DNA of 64,000 nucleotides from Blepharisma stoltei ATCC 30299 (GCA_965603825.1 CBFDEM010000020.1:124001-188000); one strand, 5' to 3'. Positions 23,369 to 35,701 are shown, counted from the stretch's first letter. A program made the numbers and translations. The notes: a model not told the origin generated them from the sequence alone.

Positions 23369-24172
23369 TTAAAGAATATCTGATGAAGATGACGAAGAGC
23401 CTTTTCTGGCTTTTTGAATTTCTTCAGTAACTTTGGTAGTCCCATCATGCATTTCCCAGTGTTTTCTGATCCTTTTAACTGTTTCCCCATTTTCGCTTTC
23501 AGTGCGCGTCTCACAAGTCATTCTTATAGCGCCCTCAAGCCAGTTTTCTATTTCAGGAAACGTTTGGATATTTCCTTGAGGAATTTCGATGTTATCTAGA
23601 TCTTCTTTTTCTACAAACTCGCCAGCGAAGACTACACAGGCGGCGGATCGGTATTCTGTATGATGTCCAGCGCCGACGCCTACTTTTTTGAACCTAGGGT
23701 TCATTGCAATTTTTCTATGGGGGCGAGTAGGAAGCCCATCATCAAGTATAAAGGATACGACGACTTCAAAACCAGTGACTGAAGAATAGTCGAGACATTC
23801 GCCGATACAGTCACTTCACTTACCAAATTGTGAGAGGCGATCTCCAAGATTGTTTTCACGGCTTCCAGTATGACCTACAATGCCTAAAGGTCCAGTGTCA
23901 TTAACGTGAGATTGGGCTGCTCTTGAGAGGCCTTCAGACCAAGCAAGTCCTCCTAAAGGTTCTATAGATTTTAAATAATCAATAGCTTCTTGGGCAGCCT
24001 TGATTCCTTCTTTAGTAATTATAGGGACTGCTCCAAAACGGTGTCTTGCATTATTTTCTTTAAAAGTGCTGATAAACTCAAATTCCATTCTTTCAGCAAA
24101 GCCTTTAGGGTCTGTGCGAAGGTTGTTGAGTTCTCCAAAGATTTCTTGAATGAATTCTACGTAAGAAGCCAT
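23369..24172 (-). CDS. SCP/CAP-domain protein
   Basis: LNNLRTDP, WSEGLSRAAQSH, GHTGS, GK-W(TGA), DDGLPTRPHR, FKKVGVG; two ORFs join in frame. Confidence 0.88.
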
Positions 24173-24237
24173 TTCGAGTTAAATATTGGATAAAATCATA
24201 TTTTATTTTTTAGGTTTTTTTTATATAAAATACATCT

Positions 24238-25500
24238 TTAAGTTTCTTTACAAAAACTAAAAATTGTGTATCGCTTCTGAGGTTTGGCATTAGGGGACTC
24301 TGGATTCGATAAGGGGTATCGTGATTTAAGCGGTTTTGCTGATGGCGGAGATCCTGATTTATTAGAGGCTTTAGATAAGGGGATTTTTAATTTTAGGGCT
24401 GTTTTTTCTAGTTTTGACTGCTTTTCATTAACTTTGTGTAGGCTGCTATAAAGCTTAGACAATTCTGGAAGTAATAAATTTGTTAATTCAAGGAGCTTGA
24501 ACTCTTTTTGCGATTTTAATTCACTTTGCAATTCTTTTAAAATTCTGATGCCTTGTTTTGTAGGTTTTCCATTATGACTTGCATCAATTCTAGGTGTATC
24601 CTGTCTAACTAGCTCTTGTTCTCTTAAGCTCCAGACTTTCTTTTTAATTTTTTCTTTATTTTCATTCGTAATTTTAAACTTTTCTTCCAGGTTTCTATTA
24701 ATATCTTCTACTTCGACCATTTTTTTATTCAATTCTTTAATTTGCCGCTCGAAATTTTTTATTTTATTTTCGTGATTTTCAATTTCATTTTCCATTTCCG
24801 CATTTTTATTTGCTAGAGCGCTTAAACATCTAACACTCATATCAGATTTTCGTTGAATTGACTTCATGTTCTTTATTAATTCGCTTGCTGATTTTGATTC
24901 TTCTGCTAGATTCTTTATTATAGCTTTCAATTTTTTATTTGCTATTTTTCTGTCTTCTGAATCAAAATTATTAATAATTTCTATGTTTTGGCTGCTTATT
25001 TTTTGATTTTTCAGCTCAAAAGTATTCATTTCTTCTTCGAAAATTGGGATGAATTGTTCAAACTGCAATTTATTTATAAGCTCTTGTAATTTTCCTTCTA
25101 GGGTAGTATTTTCTCTCAGTATTTCTGAGATTTCATTATCAAATTTTTCATCTATTGATTTTTTCTTATGTTTCAGCCTTTTTATTTCAGATTTATGAGA
25201 ATTGATTTCTGGCTCATTTTCTTCAATATAATCAATAGAAATTTCACAGCAAGATTGCAAAAACGAATTTGGGGAGAGCTTTCGAGCAGAGTAACTCTTA
25301 GGAGATGGCTGAGCTGTATGTGGGCATGATGAGCATAATTCTCTATATGTTGATATTTGCTGTTCAATTGTAGAGGCGGTTGAATTTCTATGAGAATGAT
25401 AACGAGAAGAATACGAAGACCTACTAAGAATTTGGGCACATTTATTGGAATACGAATCAATCCACTCAATCGTGCTCTTTAAGTCAGATTTCTTGGCCAT
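24238..25500 (-). CDS. Coiled-coil hypothetical protein
   Basis: 420-aa ORF with E/K-rich heptads. Confidence 0.75.
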   Translation of the reverse strand: MAKKSDLKSTIEWIDSYSNKCAQILSRSSYSSRYHSHRNSTASTIEQQISTYRELCSSCPHTAQPSPKSYSARKLSPNSFLQSCCEISIDYIEENEPEINSHKSEIKRLKHKKKSIDEKFDNEISEILRENTTLEGKLQELINKLQFEQFIPIFEEEMNTFELKNQKISSQNIEIINNFDSEDRKIANKKLKAIIKNLAEESKSASELIKNMKSIQRKSDMSVRCLSALANKNAEMENEIENHENKIKNFERQIKELNKKMVEVEDINRNLEEKFKITNENKEKIKKKVWSLREQELVRQDTPRIDASHNGKPTKQGIRILKELQSELKSQKEFKLLELTNLLLPELSKLYSSLHKVNEKQSKLEKTALKLKIPLSKASNKSGSPPSAKPLKSRYPLSNPESPNAKPQKRYTIFSFCKET

Positions 25501-25593
25501 TTAGATGATATTAATTAGTGTAGTTCAGTTATAAGTATTATTTATATAGTAAGCCAAAAATTTATTTCCCAATCATTTATCATCTGATATAAA

Positions 25594-26065
25594 ATGGAAC
25601 AAGTCATATTCGGATGGATTTCTTTATGCATAATCTGCTCGACAATTAGCTATTATTTTGGTAAATATATAGAGTCCAAAAAACTCTTTACCCAGAAAAA
25701 TGTAACAATAAAATAGCCTTATAGTGAATTAGATACAGAAGATGACGATCCAATAACTAAAAAAGAACCTAAATCTGCTGATTTTTATAAAAGAGAATTA
25801 GAAAAAGAAAAAGAAACCAAAAAAAAGCTAATTGAGGAATATGAGCACGAGCTAAATTATTTAAAATTTACCTTAGAAGAAACTAAAACAAATTACGCAC
25901 AAAGAATTGTAAATCCTACAACAGAAATTGCATGAGGAATCCAAAAACTTATTCGAAGAAATTAATAATGAAATAGGCCCAGTCGTCAAAATTGTTGATA
26001 ATAGAGAAAATAATTTCACAAATCTAGATGAAGAAATCGAAAGAGAAATTAATTTAGTGGTTTAA
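25594..26065 (+). CDS. Small N-terminally membrane-anchored coiled-coil protein (2 introns; missed by ORF track)
   Basis: MEQVIFGWISLCIICSTISYYFG; introns 25702-25716 and 25909-25924 give a continuous frame to TAA. Confidence 0.7.
25702..25716 (+). other. 15-nt intron
   Basis: gtaacaataaaatag. Confidence 0.75.
25909..25924 (+). other. 16-nt intron
   Basis: gtaaatcctacaacag. Confidence 0.7.
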
Positions 26066-26081
26066 TTAAAGAACTTAATTT

Positions 26082-26462
26082 TTATCTTATAACCACAACT
26101 GCTTTTCTTAATGCTAAATAGCTTTCTATGTGTTCTTGACTGAGGTATTTTATGATGTTGTATTCGTAGGCTTGGCAAAACCTTAATCCTGTTTTAGGGT
26201 CAGTATATTTGGCGAGGTGGCCAGAAATGTCGCAATACTTTTTCGTTGGGCATGTAGAGGGACCTGCCTCTATACTTTGGTAATTCGCGATATTAGGAGG
26301 GTAAAATTCGTAGTTTTCGGCTTGAAGAATTTGCTTAAAAGTCTTGAATGGCTTGTTTTTACCTTTTTTAAGCGAAAAATTCGGGTTCCTGAATTTGATT
26401 GTCCGGATCCCAGGCTTTTCTTCCTCTTTTTCTTTCTTGTCCTTTTTATTAGCTTTTGGCAT
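26082..26462 (-). CDS. IES6: INO80 complex subunit C / Ies6 (YL1-C domain)
   Basis: FKTFKQIL..YQSIEAGPS..KKYCDISGHLAKYTDPKTGLRF..YLALRKA. Confidence 0.9.
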   Translation of the reverse strand: MPKANKKDKKEKEEEKPGIRTIKFRNPNFSLKKGKNKPFKTFKQILQAENYEFYPPNIANYQSIEAGPSTCPTKKYCDISGHLAKYTDPKTGLRFCQAYEYNIIKYLSQEHIESYLALRKAVVVIR

Positions 26463-26525
26463 TTTTGTTATTATTTTAGAAAATGGGTAGATAATTATTT
26501 TAAATTATACTGGGTAAATAAGTGG

Positions 26526-29500
26526 TTAGGTGATAACAAGATCTTTGCTAGAATCCTCTGTGCCTACAGAATCCTTATCATTAAGATATATAGTGCGCTT
26601 ATAAATCTCTTTAATTATGGATTGCCTTTGATGATTTTTCTTTATGCTTATTCAGCTTTTTTCAAATATTCTCATAGCTCCTCCAATAGCACTCATAGCT
26701 CCGAATACAGAGCCCAGCATTGTACTAATAAGTAAAAATACAGTCTGCTTGGTAGACCGAGTTGTATATAAGCTATTATCATTTTTAACTAGTCATATTT
26801 GTATTCTTAAATCAGAGCTAAATGGTAAACTATATAAAAATTACTCTGTAATAGTATATTGTGAACCTCCTGAAGACGGCTGGTCCATAGAAACATGATA
26901 TCCGGTTAGCTTATCAGGCCAAGTCGATACATAAGAGCGGAATAAAGAAGGCGTCATAGTCAAATAAAATTTATTTGGGTTATAGCCCCTGAAAACTTGG
27001 CCGGCTTCCGGAAGCAAGACTTGATAAATCCCACTAATTTTGTCTGGGATTGATGAAAATGATGAGACATTGGATATTATTGCAGATGTGTAGCTTGAAG
27101 CTTCTAATAGATTTAATTGGACAACAGCGCCGGCATCAATAACACATTTTTTGCATACTAATGCTATGGTGCAATTATTGCCGTTGTTTATATAGCATGA
27201 TAATTCAAGAGAGTCATAAGTGATAGAAGTAGTTGTGAATGATATAGATTCATGGCAAGAGTTGCCAGTTTTACAATGTCCTCCATAGTTAAATAGTGTC
27301 GTTGATACATTAATTAGAGCTGGAAACGTGCTAGCTTCATCTTCCAAAGCAACTAAAGGCACCAAAGTTTTAGTCTCTTGAATATTATTCAACTGGTAAT
27401 TAATAGCATATGACAAAATAATTATAATTGCAACAACTAAAAAAATTATTGTAAAAATCCCTCCACAGTCTGTTTTTTTAAGCTTCATCACACTGTCTTT
27501 TTTATAATTGTGATTCCCCGAATATAAATCAATATTTCTTAATTTCAGTTTTTCAGGCTTAATTATAATAAAAATAGTGAGACCAACCAACGAAACTACA
27601 AGCACTGCAATAACCATAATAACAACGGCGCTTTGTGAGTCTCCATCTGCATTTGAATACATTTTTGGCTGAGTTGATTTTGATTTAAGTTCAATTACAT
27701 CATAAATAGGAGCTTGGGTCCCAACAACACAAATGGTCCCATATGGGCAATTTTTGCAATAAGAAGCTCCTTCTTTGTCGCCATATGAGCCTTCGTCACA
27801 CGGATAGCATTGTCTTAAAGAGCTTGAGCCAGATGAAGGGTTAAAAGTGCCTAGTGGGCAGGGCGTGCATTCAGAGCTTCCATATTTATCTGCATAATAC
27901 CCTTTGGAGCATTTTATGCAGGTATTGCCTGAAGTATAAGTTCCAGGACTACAAAGATATGGGGAAGGGGATATATCAGAGTTATCAAGGGTTATATTGG
28001 CAAAAACAGGAGTTACTATCATTGGTCTCATTGTTCTGCCATAAACAGTTCCTCCTCCATGTGAATAAATGTTTTTTGCATAGTAAACGTATGCACCATC
28101 ATAAAAGTAATAATTATTGAGATACCCAATTCTCGTTATGTTTTGTGTGGTAAGATCAAGTATATAAAATTCATTATAAACATTAATTCCCCAAGCCTCT
28201 CCACACATAACAAGTAAGGAATTATCGAGCAGCTTAATTATAGCTTTAGAGCGGTTTGAGTCTGGTGTTCCTCCGTTTGTAGTATACAGTTTTGTCCATT
28301 TTTGTGTAGTAAAATTGAAAGAATCTACATCACCCAATGGTGTTTCTCCGCTCCCAACCCCATACATAGTAATAAAATTGATATTTCCGTAGTCGTCAAT
28401 CTTGATGTCACATGATGGCCTAGACGCTTTAGTTGGACTGCTGTTAGTTCCATCATAAACAAGGGTATATTCATTTGTCCCTACATCGAAAACCCAGAGT
28501 TCTGAAGAAAGCCCTGAATTAGCTAGCCCTCCATATATAAAGATATAAGGCATATGCATTTTTAAACATGCCCCAGTGCGTGCATTTGGCATTGTGTTTG
28601 ATGATGGAGATATCAATGTCCAGGCATTTGAAATCGTGTTATATTGGTACATATCGCCTAAATAGCCAGTTGTGCCTTCGCCGCCAAATATGACCATTAT
28701 ATTTCCTTCAGAGTCTGCAGCATGCCCACTCCTACTTGTTGGAGTGGCCCCTTCTGAATTTATAGATTCCCAGGATTTCCCTTCAGGGTTATAAACTCAC
28801 AAGTCATTCAGATAATTCGTCCCATCTGTTCCTCCAAATAAATAAAACAATCCTCCTAATACACATAAGCTATGGCTTTCTCTGGCGTCTGGATTTGTAT
28901 AAGCCTCACTTAAAATTTTATAAGTAAGAGGAGTCTGCGTTAAATCAAATTCTATTAAACTGTTATCTAAAATTCCATAAAGACTGATATATCCACTAAA
29001 TATATAGAATTTTGAACTTCCCATTGCAAATGCAAAAGCATCTCTAGGGACGATATCTTTATTGCTTTCCTCAAAAGAAATGCTCATATTTTCCCATTTA
29101 AACTCAGGGTCACTTAAATTAAGCCTCATAATACTAGTAACATCAGTGTACACATTAGAATAACCGAAAATTATATAAGCACAGCCGTTGTATAAAATAT
29201 TTCCTGGATATGACCTAGGCTCATACATATGTGAAGGGTTTGTGATATTTTCCCACTGCTGTGTTGCTAAATTATAGCGAAAAGTATCTTCATTAAAGAC
29301 ACCAAATGTAGGGCCGTTAAAAGAAATTTCGCCACAAAAAGTGTATATATAGCCATCATAATATTGGGCTAATGACTTATATAACTTACTGGGGGGAGTT
29401 GAGTTCCTGCTGGCTTTTTAGTTCATGTAGATGATGGGACATCATATCTATGTAAAATTTACATGTAGAGCTCATTAGTGTACTCGTCTTTTAAAAAACC

Positions 29501-29998
29501 TGCAAATGAAACAAGCTTCAAATTTCCATCTGAGTCTTTATATTTAGTTCATGCAAATGCAGATCTTGCGCTTGGGATATCACCTTTTTGGTCTATTTGC
29601 TTTCACTGCAAATTTACCAAATCATAACGCCAAAGATCATTTAAAGGGCCACTATTTGATCGTCCACCAAAAATATAAAGCATTGAATTGTCATCATCAA
29701 TCCAGCAGCCGTGGAACATTCTAGGATCTATTTAGAAAATACTTGGATAGGTAGTGGAAATTGGAGTTAAAGAATTTCACAAATTTGCAGTCAGGTTAAA
29801 TTCTCAAACGTCATTGAAGTTAATGTCACTTCCTTGGTTTCCTCCAAAAATTATTAGGGAGTTTTCTTTGGTATAATAATCGGCGCATGCATACTGTCTT
29901 ATAGAAGGAGGTGAATCAGTAAAAGGAAGCCGAGAGTAAGAAAATGCTAGAACCTTAATGGTGCTAAAAAAATGTAAATACCATAGAAGCCTTTTCAT
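26526..29998 (-). CDS. Secreted/surface Kelch-repeat + Cys-rich (ephrin-receptor-like) multi-pass membrane protein; contains an unresolved frame change
   Basis: Signal peptide, many FGG/YGG kelch blades with TGA=Trp, CSKGYY/CPLGTF/CDEGSY repeats, 3 TM segments; introns 29728-29742, 29448-29462, 26830-26844. Confidence 0.8.
26830..26844 (-). other. 15-nt intron
   Basis: gtaatttttatatag; removes TAA. Confidence 0.8.
29448..29462 (-). other. 15-nt intron
   Basis: gtaaattttacatag; gives NELYIYDV. Confidence 0.85.
29728..29742 (-). other. 15-nt intron
   Basis: gtattttctaaatag; gives PNPRMFHG kelch motif. Confidence 0.88.
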
Positions 29999-30550
29999 AT
30001 TTATTATCTCGAGTTTTTTTTATTTCGCAAGCCACTATATCATATTCTTTCAAGAGATTAAAATGGTAATTAACGAGTCAGAGATACTATGATAATTTTC
30101 ACTTATCATGGAGATATCTGATTGAGATTGATATAAGAAAAATATAAATAATAATAGGACATAATTGGTATCGCCCAAACTCTTTAGCTTGTCCTAGGCT
30201 ATATGAGCTTTACTTCTTTAAATTTATATATGAAGTTTGATTTAGAGCTTCATAATTTCTCATTTTCATATATAAGTAAAATATTATTCATAATATCATA
30301 AAGTAATATCTAAAGCTGTTAGAGAGCTATAGCTCAAAACAGCGATATCTAGCAATTAGGTTATTGATAACCTAGTAACTTTGATTTATTAAGCTGGTAG
30401 TGATTTTAATGTATGAGAGTTAAAGCCACTTTTGGACTATAAAAGATTATATTAAGAATTTATTTATCATTTTTATTAATTATTGCCATTTAGTATTTAT
30501 TAATAAAAATAAACTGAAATCCATTAATTGTTAAGAAAAATAATTACAAG

Positions 30551-31573
30551 CTATTCGCATCCCCATTCAGCTAATGTTTTTACTTCGCTTCATCGTGATT
30601 CCATCGACTGTGAATTCAAAAGAACAATGATAACATGAGAACGATTTCTATAGCTCGCACACAAACAAGGCCCAGCTTTATTAGTGACCCCTGTTTTTAC
30701 ACCTTCAAACCCTTTTCCAAGCAATTTATTTGTATTTTCCCACATAACTTTTCTGATCTCTCCATTTCCTTGCCTGATATTCGTTATGTAAGTTTTGCAA
30801 GATACAATTTGTCTAAAAATTTCTTCTTTTAGCGCAACAGACGCGAGATATCCGACTTCTTTTGCAGTTGAAGTGTTTTTTTTGTACACAAGTCCACTAG
30901 GATTCCCATATAAAGTGTTATCAAGTCCTAACTCTCTTGCAGTCCTATTCATTTCTGCCACAAAATGTGTAGTTGGCTTAATAGAAGCTGGGGACAAATA
31001 ATGCCCTAAAAATTCTGCTATAGCCCACGCTGCATCATTTCCAGACGGCAGCATTAATCCATGCAATAAATCTTTCATTGTCAGCTCATCTCCTGCTTTT
31101 AGCTCAGCAGAAGTCCCAATTGCAGATTGCGCATTAGTGCTTACCTTTACAATTGTATTTAAATTCAAAGTTTGGCTTTCTTTAATTAATTTTATAGCGA
31201 CATAGCACGTCATAATTTTAGTCAGACTGGCTATTTCTCTGATTTGTCCTTCAAAGTGTCCATATATAAGATTCCCTGAATTTCCTTCCAATATGCACCA
31301 AGATGAAGCAGAAATATAAGGAATTGCAGCAAGATTACGAATATTCCGCTTGGTTTCTGACTGAGAACGGTGCTTTAAAGATGTGTCGCGTGATGAGGAT
31401 AAGGATAATGAAGATTGAGTGGATGAGGAGTTTAGGCTGGTTTTGGAAGGTAAATGATGAGGATGAGGCAAGAGAGGCTTTTTGGTTGACAGAATGGCCT
31501 GGACGATGTTTCGAGGTCTGCATCGTGGCGGCAAAAGAGATGCTATTTTATTGGGAGTTTTTGGAGTTTGCAT
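30551..31573 (-). CDS. Peptidase S11 D-alanyl-D-alanine carboxypeptidase (PBP5/DacA-like)
   Basis: SxxK (IASLTKIMT), SxN (PSGNDAA), KTG (GVKTGVT) intact; TGA 30590 read through to TAG. Confidence 0.92.
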
Positions 31574-31814
31574 TATTACTAAGTTAAATTAATGACAGAA
31601 TTTTTTTTAAAAGATATGAAAAGTTTTTTTGTGAGGGAGTGCTTTTTAAGGTAGTTTAGTATCGATAAAACTTACAAGCTCATTCAGTTAAACTCGGAAT
31701 TATTTATAAGTGCATTTGAATATAACTAAAATTATATTGTCTACAATGAGGCCTTAAGAATATATTTTAATGCTCATTGCGCATTGCATTATTTTCTATT
31801 ATTTATTAACTAAA

Positions 31815-33327
31815 ATGAATGCTTACATCCTTGATGTATCAAGTCCCTTTGTAATTACAGCACTAGAAGAACTTGGCATAAGTCCAAGAGAGCTGCTTAA
31901 AAAGTAAAAAACACATAGAAGCCTTGAAGATTTCGCAGAGCCTGGCCTTAGCCAAGAATTTCAAAGTTTACGCTACGATCATTATACAAACCGTCTACTG
32001 GACACAGCTCAAAAAATTCGAAATTTCATTAAATCCCACTACAACTCTCTTCAATCCCATATCCGGCACAGCTCAGCTCCAGAATCACAGCGTTCTCAAA
32101 GTGCAACTTTCTCTCAAGAAAATTCCCAAACTTTTCGAGCTGCAACTGCATACCAAAATGAAGCTGAAAAACTTAACCAAATAAAAGAAAAAAACAAAGA
32201 ATTAATCCTCAGCTGAATCCCAACTAATTTTCTAGATAATAGCCCTGAAAAATCAAAAAGCAGCGAATCAGGCCGGAAAATCAAAAAATTTACCTCACAA
32301 AAGCATGAAGTTTATTTAGAGCATTTAAAAAAGTTTAAAGAGCAACAATTAGCAGCCTCAAAAGCTATAAAAGCTAAAGAAATAAAAATGCAAAAAGAAT
32401 TGTCTAATAGGCTGATTAAATCAATGAGTGAGCATGGATTAAGAGAAAAATTAGCTGAAGAAGAGAAAAAAAGGAAAATTAAGGAAAGAGAAGAAATTTT
32501 TAAGAAAAAACAAGAAGAAATAAAGCATGATAAAGAAATGAAGGAGGATGGAATGGAAATGGAAATTAAAAATAAATTAAACCAGTTTCAATGGAAAATT
32601 ATGAAAAGTGAAGAGACACATGAAGCTGAAATTAAAAAGAAGCTTGATATATTGGCAAGGCATAAAGAGATGGCAGAAATTGTTGCGAAAAACCAAGAAT
32701 TTTTAAAAAGATCACAAGAAATGGAAGTATTATGCAAAATTATTAATAAGCAGGAAAGTGTAAAGGAAAGAAGGATACAAATAAAGAGAAAATATTTAGA
32801 TGAAATTAAAAATAGGAGGCATAAAAGTGAATCTAAGCGTCAAAAAGCTATTGAAAGATTAAAATCTCAAGAAAAACAGTTAGAGAATAATTCCACAGTT
32901 CTTGAAAAACAACTTAACGCAACCCAACAATTAATTAGCCAAAAACTGTCAGAAAATGAAAAAGAGCTTAAATTGCGTCAAGAACTACAACGATTAAAGA
33001 ACGAGGACAGCAATCTTGAAGTTTTAAGATCCAAAAGAAAATTCGTAACCATTATTCTAGGAGAAAAAAAATAGTGAATTTCTCGATAAATGACTAGCAA
33101 AAACACAAAGAATAGAAAATTTTAAAAAAGAAAAAGAGGATTTAATTATGAAAAAAAGGTAAATAATATGAAGGGATTTCGCAATTCAAGCTATGATAGA
33201 AAAAGAGAAAACAAAAGAAATAATTGCTGTGCTAAGCAAAAGTCCTAATTCCAAAACTGCACAAGAAAAATTAAAAGCATTAAATTTGATACCTAAGATT
33301 AAAGAATCTGAGACCGAGTTAAATTAA
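31815..33327 (+). CDS. Coiled-coil protein (3 introns, 2 TGA)
   Basis: SPFVITALEELGISPRELL N-terminus; introns 31904-31918, 33045-33060, 33159-33173. Confidence 0.75.
31904..31918 (+). other. 15-nt intron
   Basis: gtaaaaaacacatag. Confidence 0.82.
33045..33060 (+). other. 16-nt intron
   Basis: gtaaccattattctag. Confidence 0.78.
33159..33173 (+). other. 15-nt intron
   Basis: gtaaataatatgaag. Confidence 0.75.
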
Positions 33328-33347
33328 GCAGCTGGTATATTTTATAC

Positions 33348-33722
33348 TTATAAACTGCTGTTCCTTAATAATCCTTTTATATTTATTGCATTTTCATTTC
33401 TGCGGTGTAAGCGGAAACCTGAGGAATTTGGGGTTTCTTTTCGAACTCCAAATCTAGGGGTGGATTGTTGGGAAGTTTTTCGTCTTATTTTATGCTGTAA
33501 TGGTAGTAGGGGAGGAAGCCGTTTTGATTTGGAGGGCGCAAAGCGAAAATCGAGCAGCTCGTCTGAACCTAAACTTAACGCAAATGGATTTCTTTGACGG
33601 CGAGTTTTAAGCTGGGAGCTTTGATGATGCAGAGATGATCTCAGCTTCATTTTAACATCCAGAATTTCTTCAAAACTTGGAGTAGATTCGAATAGTTTAG
33701 GTAAACTTAAGTGCCGATGCAT
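33348..33722 (-). CDS. Small basic hypothetical protein
   Basis: 124-aa ATG-TAA ORF with coding-like GC content. Confidence 0.6.
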   Translation of the reverse strand: MHRHLSLPKLFESTPSFEEILDVKMKLRSSLHHQSSQLKTRRQRNPFALSLGSDELLDFRFAPSKSKRLPPLLPLQHKIRRKTSQQSTPRFGVRKETPNSSGFRLHRRNENAINIKGLLRNSSL

Positions 33723-34129
33723 TATTTTTATCGATAGCCATGAAAAGTTGTTATTAATTAGACCAAATAGAATTGATTAAACATGGCAAAAAATTATAAA
33801 AATTATTATTATTATTTTCGAAAGCATAAAATTCATAAATTTATTATGGATTTGTAACTGACCTAAGATTTTTAAATTTTCTCCACCTAATTTTTTCTTT
33901 AGTTTTTAAATATTTTTATTAAATACCCAAGGAAAAATTAGAATAAATGAAAAAGTTTTGAGTATCAATAATAACTGAAATAGCATTTTCATTTATTTAT
34001 TTATTGTAGCAGCTTTTCCCTATTTTTAATTATAATTGACATTATTACTTTTTATGCTAATAATATTTCATATATTATTTGTTTCATCTAATTATTTCAT
34101 AAAGTTAAAAAATAATTAATTAAGTCAAA

Positions 34130-35701
34130 TTAGCTTATGCTATTCAAAACAGCCAACTTTGCTTTAATTGCATCTATGTAAACTTGGCTTAAAGCTTCAT
34201 TAGCTTCAATTCGTTTTGCATTACTAATATTTTTATCATTTACAAAAGATTCATAGCTTCTTGCTTGCTGCTCAGCTCTTAAAGCTCTTTTTTGAACTTC
34301 AGAAACTTTTTCTGGCGTTGAGCATTCTTTATCTTCCACAATATCCTCCCATTTAATTTTCCCAATTATCATGCTTAAATTTTCGTTCCTCTTCTGCCTC
34401 AATTCTCTTAAATAGTCAATAGATTTTTGTTCCTTTTTCATTCCTAAAGACTGAACACTACTATTTACAGACTCATTCGGTGGCTTTCTGAGCTTTTTAT
34501 TTGTTTGTGATCTAATTGAATTTTTTCTCCTCAAAATATCTGTATTTTTCTTATTCCTTTCAGTATTGCTTCCATTTTTATTAAACTCTAAAGGCTCAAA
34601 CTGTTTGGAATCTAGGCTTTTTTGTATTTCTAATTTTTTTGGCTTTTTATTCTGAGATGAAGTTGTTTCTGCTTTGCTTGGCTTAAAGCAAATAGGTCTG
34701 AACATTTCACTGATAATGTCTCCATAAATTTTTCTTTTTTCAATATTATCAGTTCTTTCTATATCTTTTTTCATCTGCTCTTGCATTTTTTCTAATTCTT
34801 CTTTTTCTAAGACTTGAGCAGCTTTAGACTTATAAAACACTAATGAAGCTTCATGCAAAGCAATATCTTGCTTTTTCCGTTTTAATTCCAATTCTCTTCT
34901 GTGCCTCAGTTCTTCAAAATTCTCAAAATAGTTTTTTTCATGCGAGATAATTTCTTTCATATTAATTGGTGCAAGCATTTGTCTCTTTTGAGCTAGCTCG
35001 TATTTTCTTTTTTCAAGCTCAGGGATTATATATTGCTGTTGATATCTTTCTTCCAGTTTTTGAAATAAAGGTTTGACTGAAGCTACATGTTTGAAGGCTT
35101 TATTTGATTCTATTATTTTTTCCTCTCTTTCTTTTTTTCTGATTTCAATCTCTTCTAGCTTTTCTTGGATTTTTAATTTTTTCTCTTCTTCTTGTCTCTT
35201 CTGTCGTTCTTCCATTTCCTTGCTTTCTAGTTCCAGTTTTTCTAAGTATTTTCTTTGAAGTGCTTCAAGGCTATTTTTTCGGTTCTCTTCGCGTCTTTTT
35301 CTTTCTAATTCATAATGTTTTAATATTTTCAATCTATCATTGTCACTTATAGTAATATTTTGAGATTTGCTTGTGTTCGGAAAATTATCAACTGTAGTAT
35401 CAATGTTCTCTCCTTCTAAAATTAATTCTTTTTTGCGAGAATGGTTTTGCTTCAGCTGTTTTTTTCTTAGTTTAGCTCCAAAACTCAAAGGTGGGTTATT
35501 GATTTTTTCTGTAAGATCAAATAAATTTCCTTTAGTTTCGGGGATAAGTATGTGAGGCTTTTGATTGGATTCCAAGCTAAATATTCTTTCAATTAATTTA
35601 GTTTTAATTGAATTTACTGAAAGCTCTGAAAGACTTTGAGATTCTATAGAAAGTAGTTCGAGTTGCTTCTCAAAATATTCTGTTAAGTTCGATGATTTCA
35701 T
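34130..35701 (-). CDS. Coiled-coil hypothetical protein
   Basis: 523-aa ORF; KPLFQKLEERY..PELEKRK, YIDAIKAKLAVL terminus. Confidence 0.8.
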   Translation of the reverse strand: MKSSNLTEYFEKQLELLSIESQSLSELSVNSIKTKLIERIFSLESNQKPHILIPETKGNLFDLTEKINNPPLSFGAKLRKKQLKQNHSRKKELILEGENIDTTVDNFPNTSKSQNITISDNDRLKILKHYELERKRREENRKNSLEALQRKYLEKLELESKEMEERQKRQEEEKKLKIQEKLEEIEIRKKEREEKIIESNKAFKHVASVKPLFQKLEERYQQQYIIPELEKRKYELAQKRQMLAPINMKEIISHEKNYFENFEELRHRRELELKRKKQDIALHEASLVFYKSKAAQVLEKEELEKMQEQMKKDIERTDNIEKRKIYGDIISEMFRPICFKPSKAETTSSQNKKPKKLEIQKSLDSKQFEPLEFNKNGSNTERNKKNTDILRRKNSIRSQTNKKLRKPPNESVNSSVQSLGMKKEQKSIDYLRELRQKRNENLSMIIGKIKWEDIVEDKECSTPEKVSEVQKRALRAEQQARSYESFVNDKNISNAKRIEANEALSQVYIDAIKAKLAVLNSIS

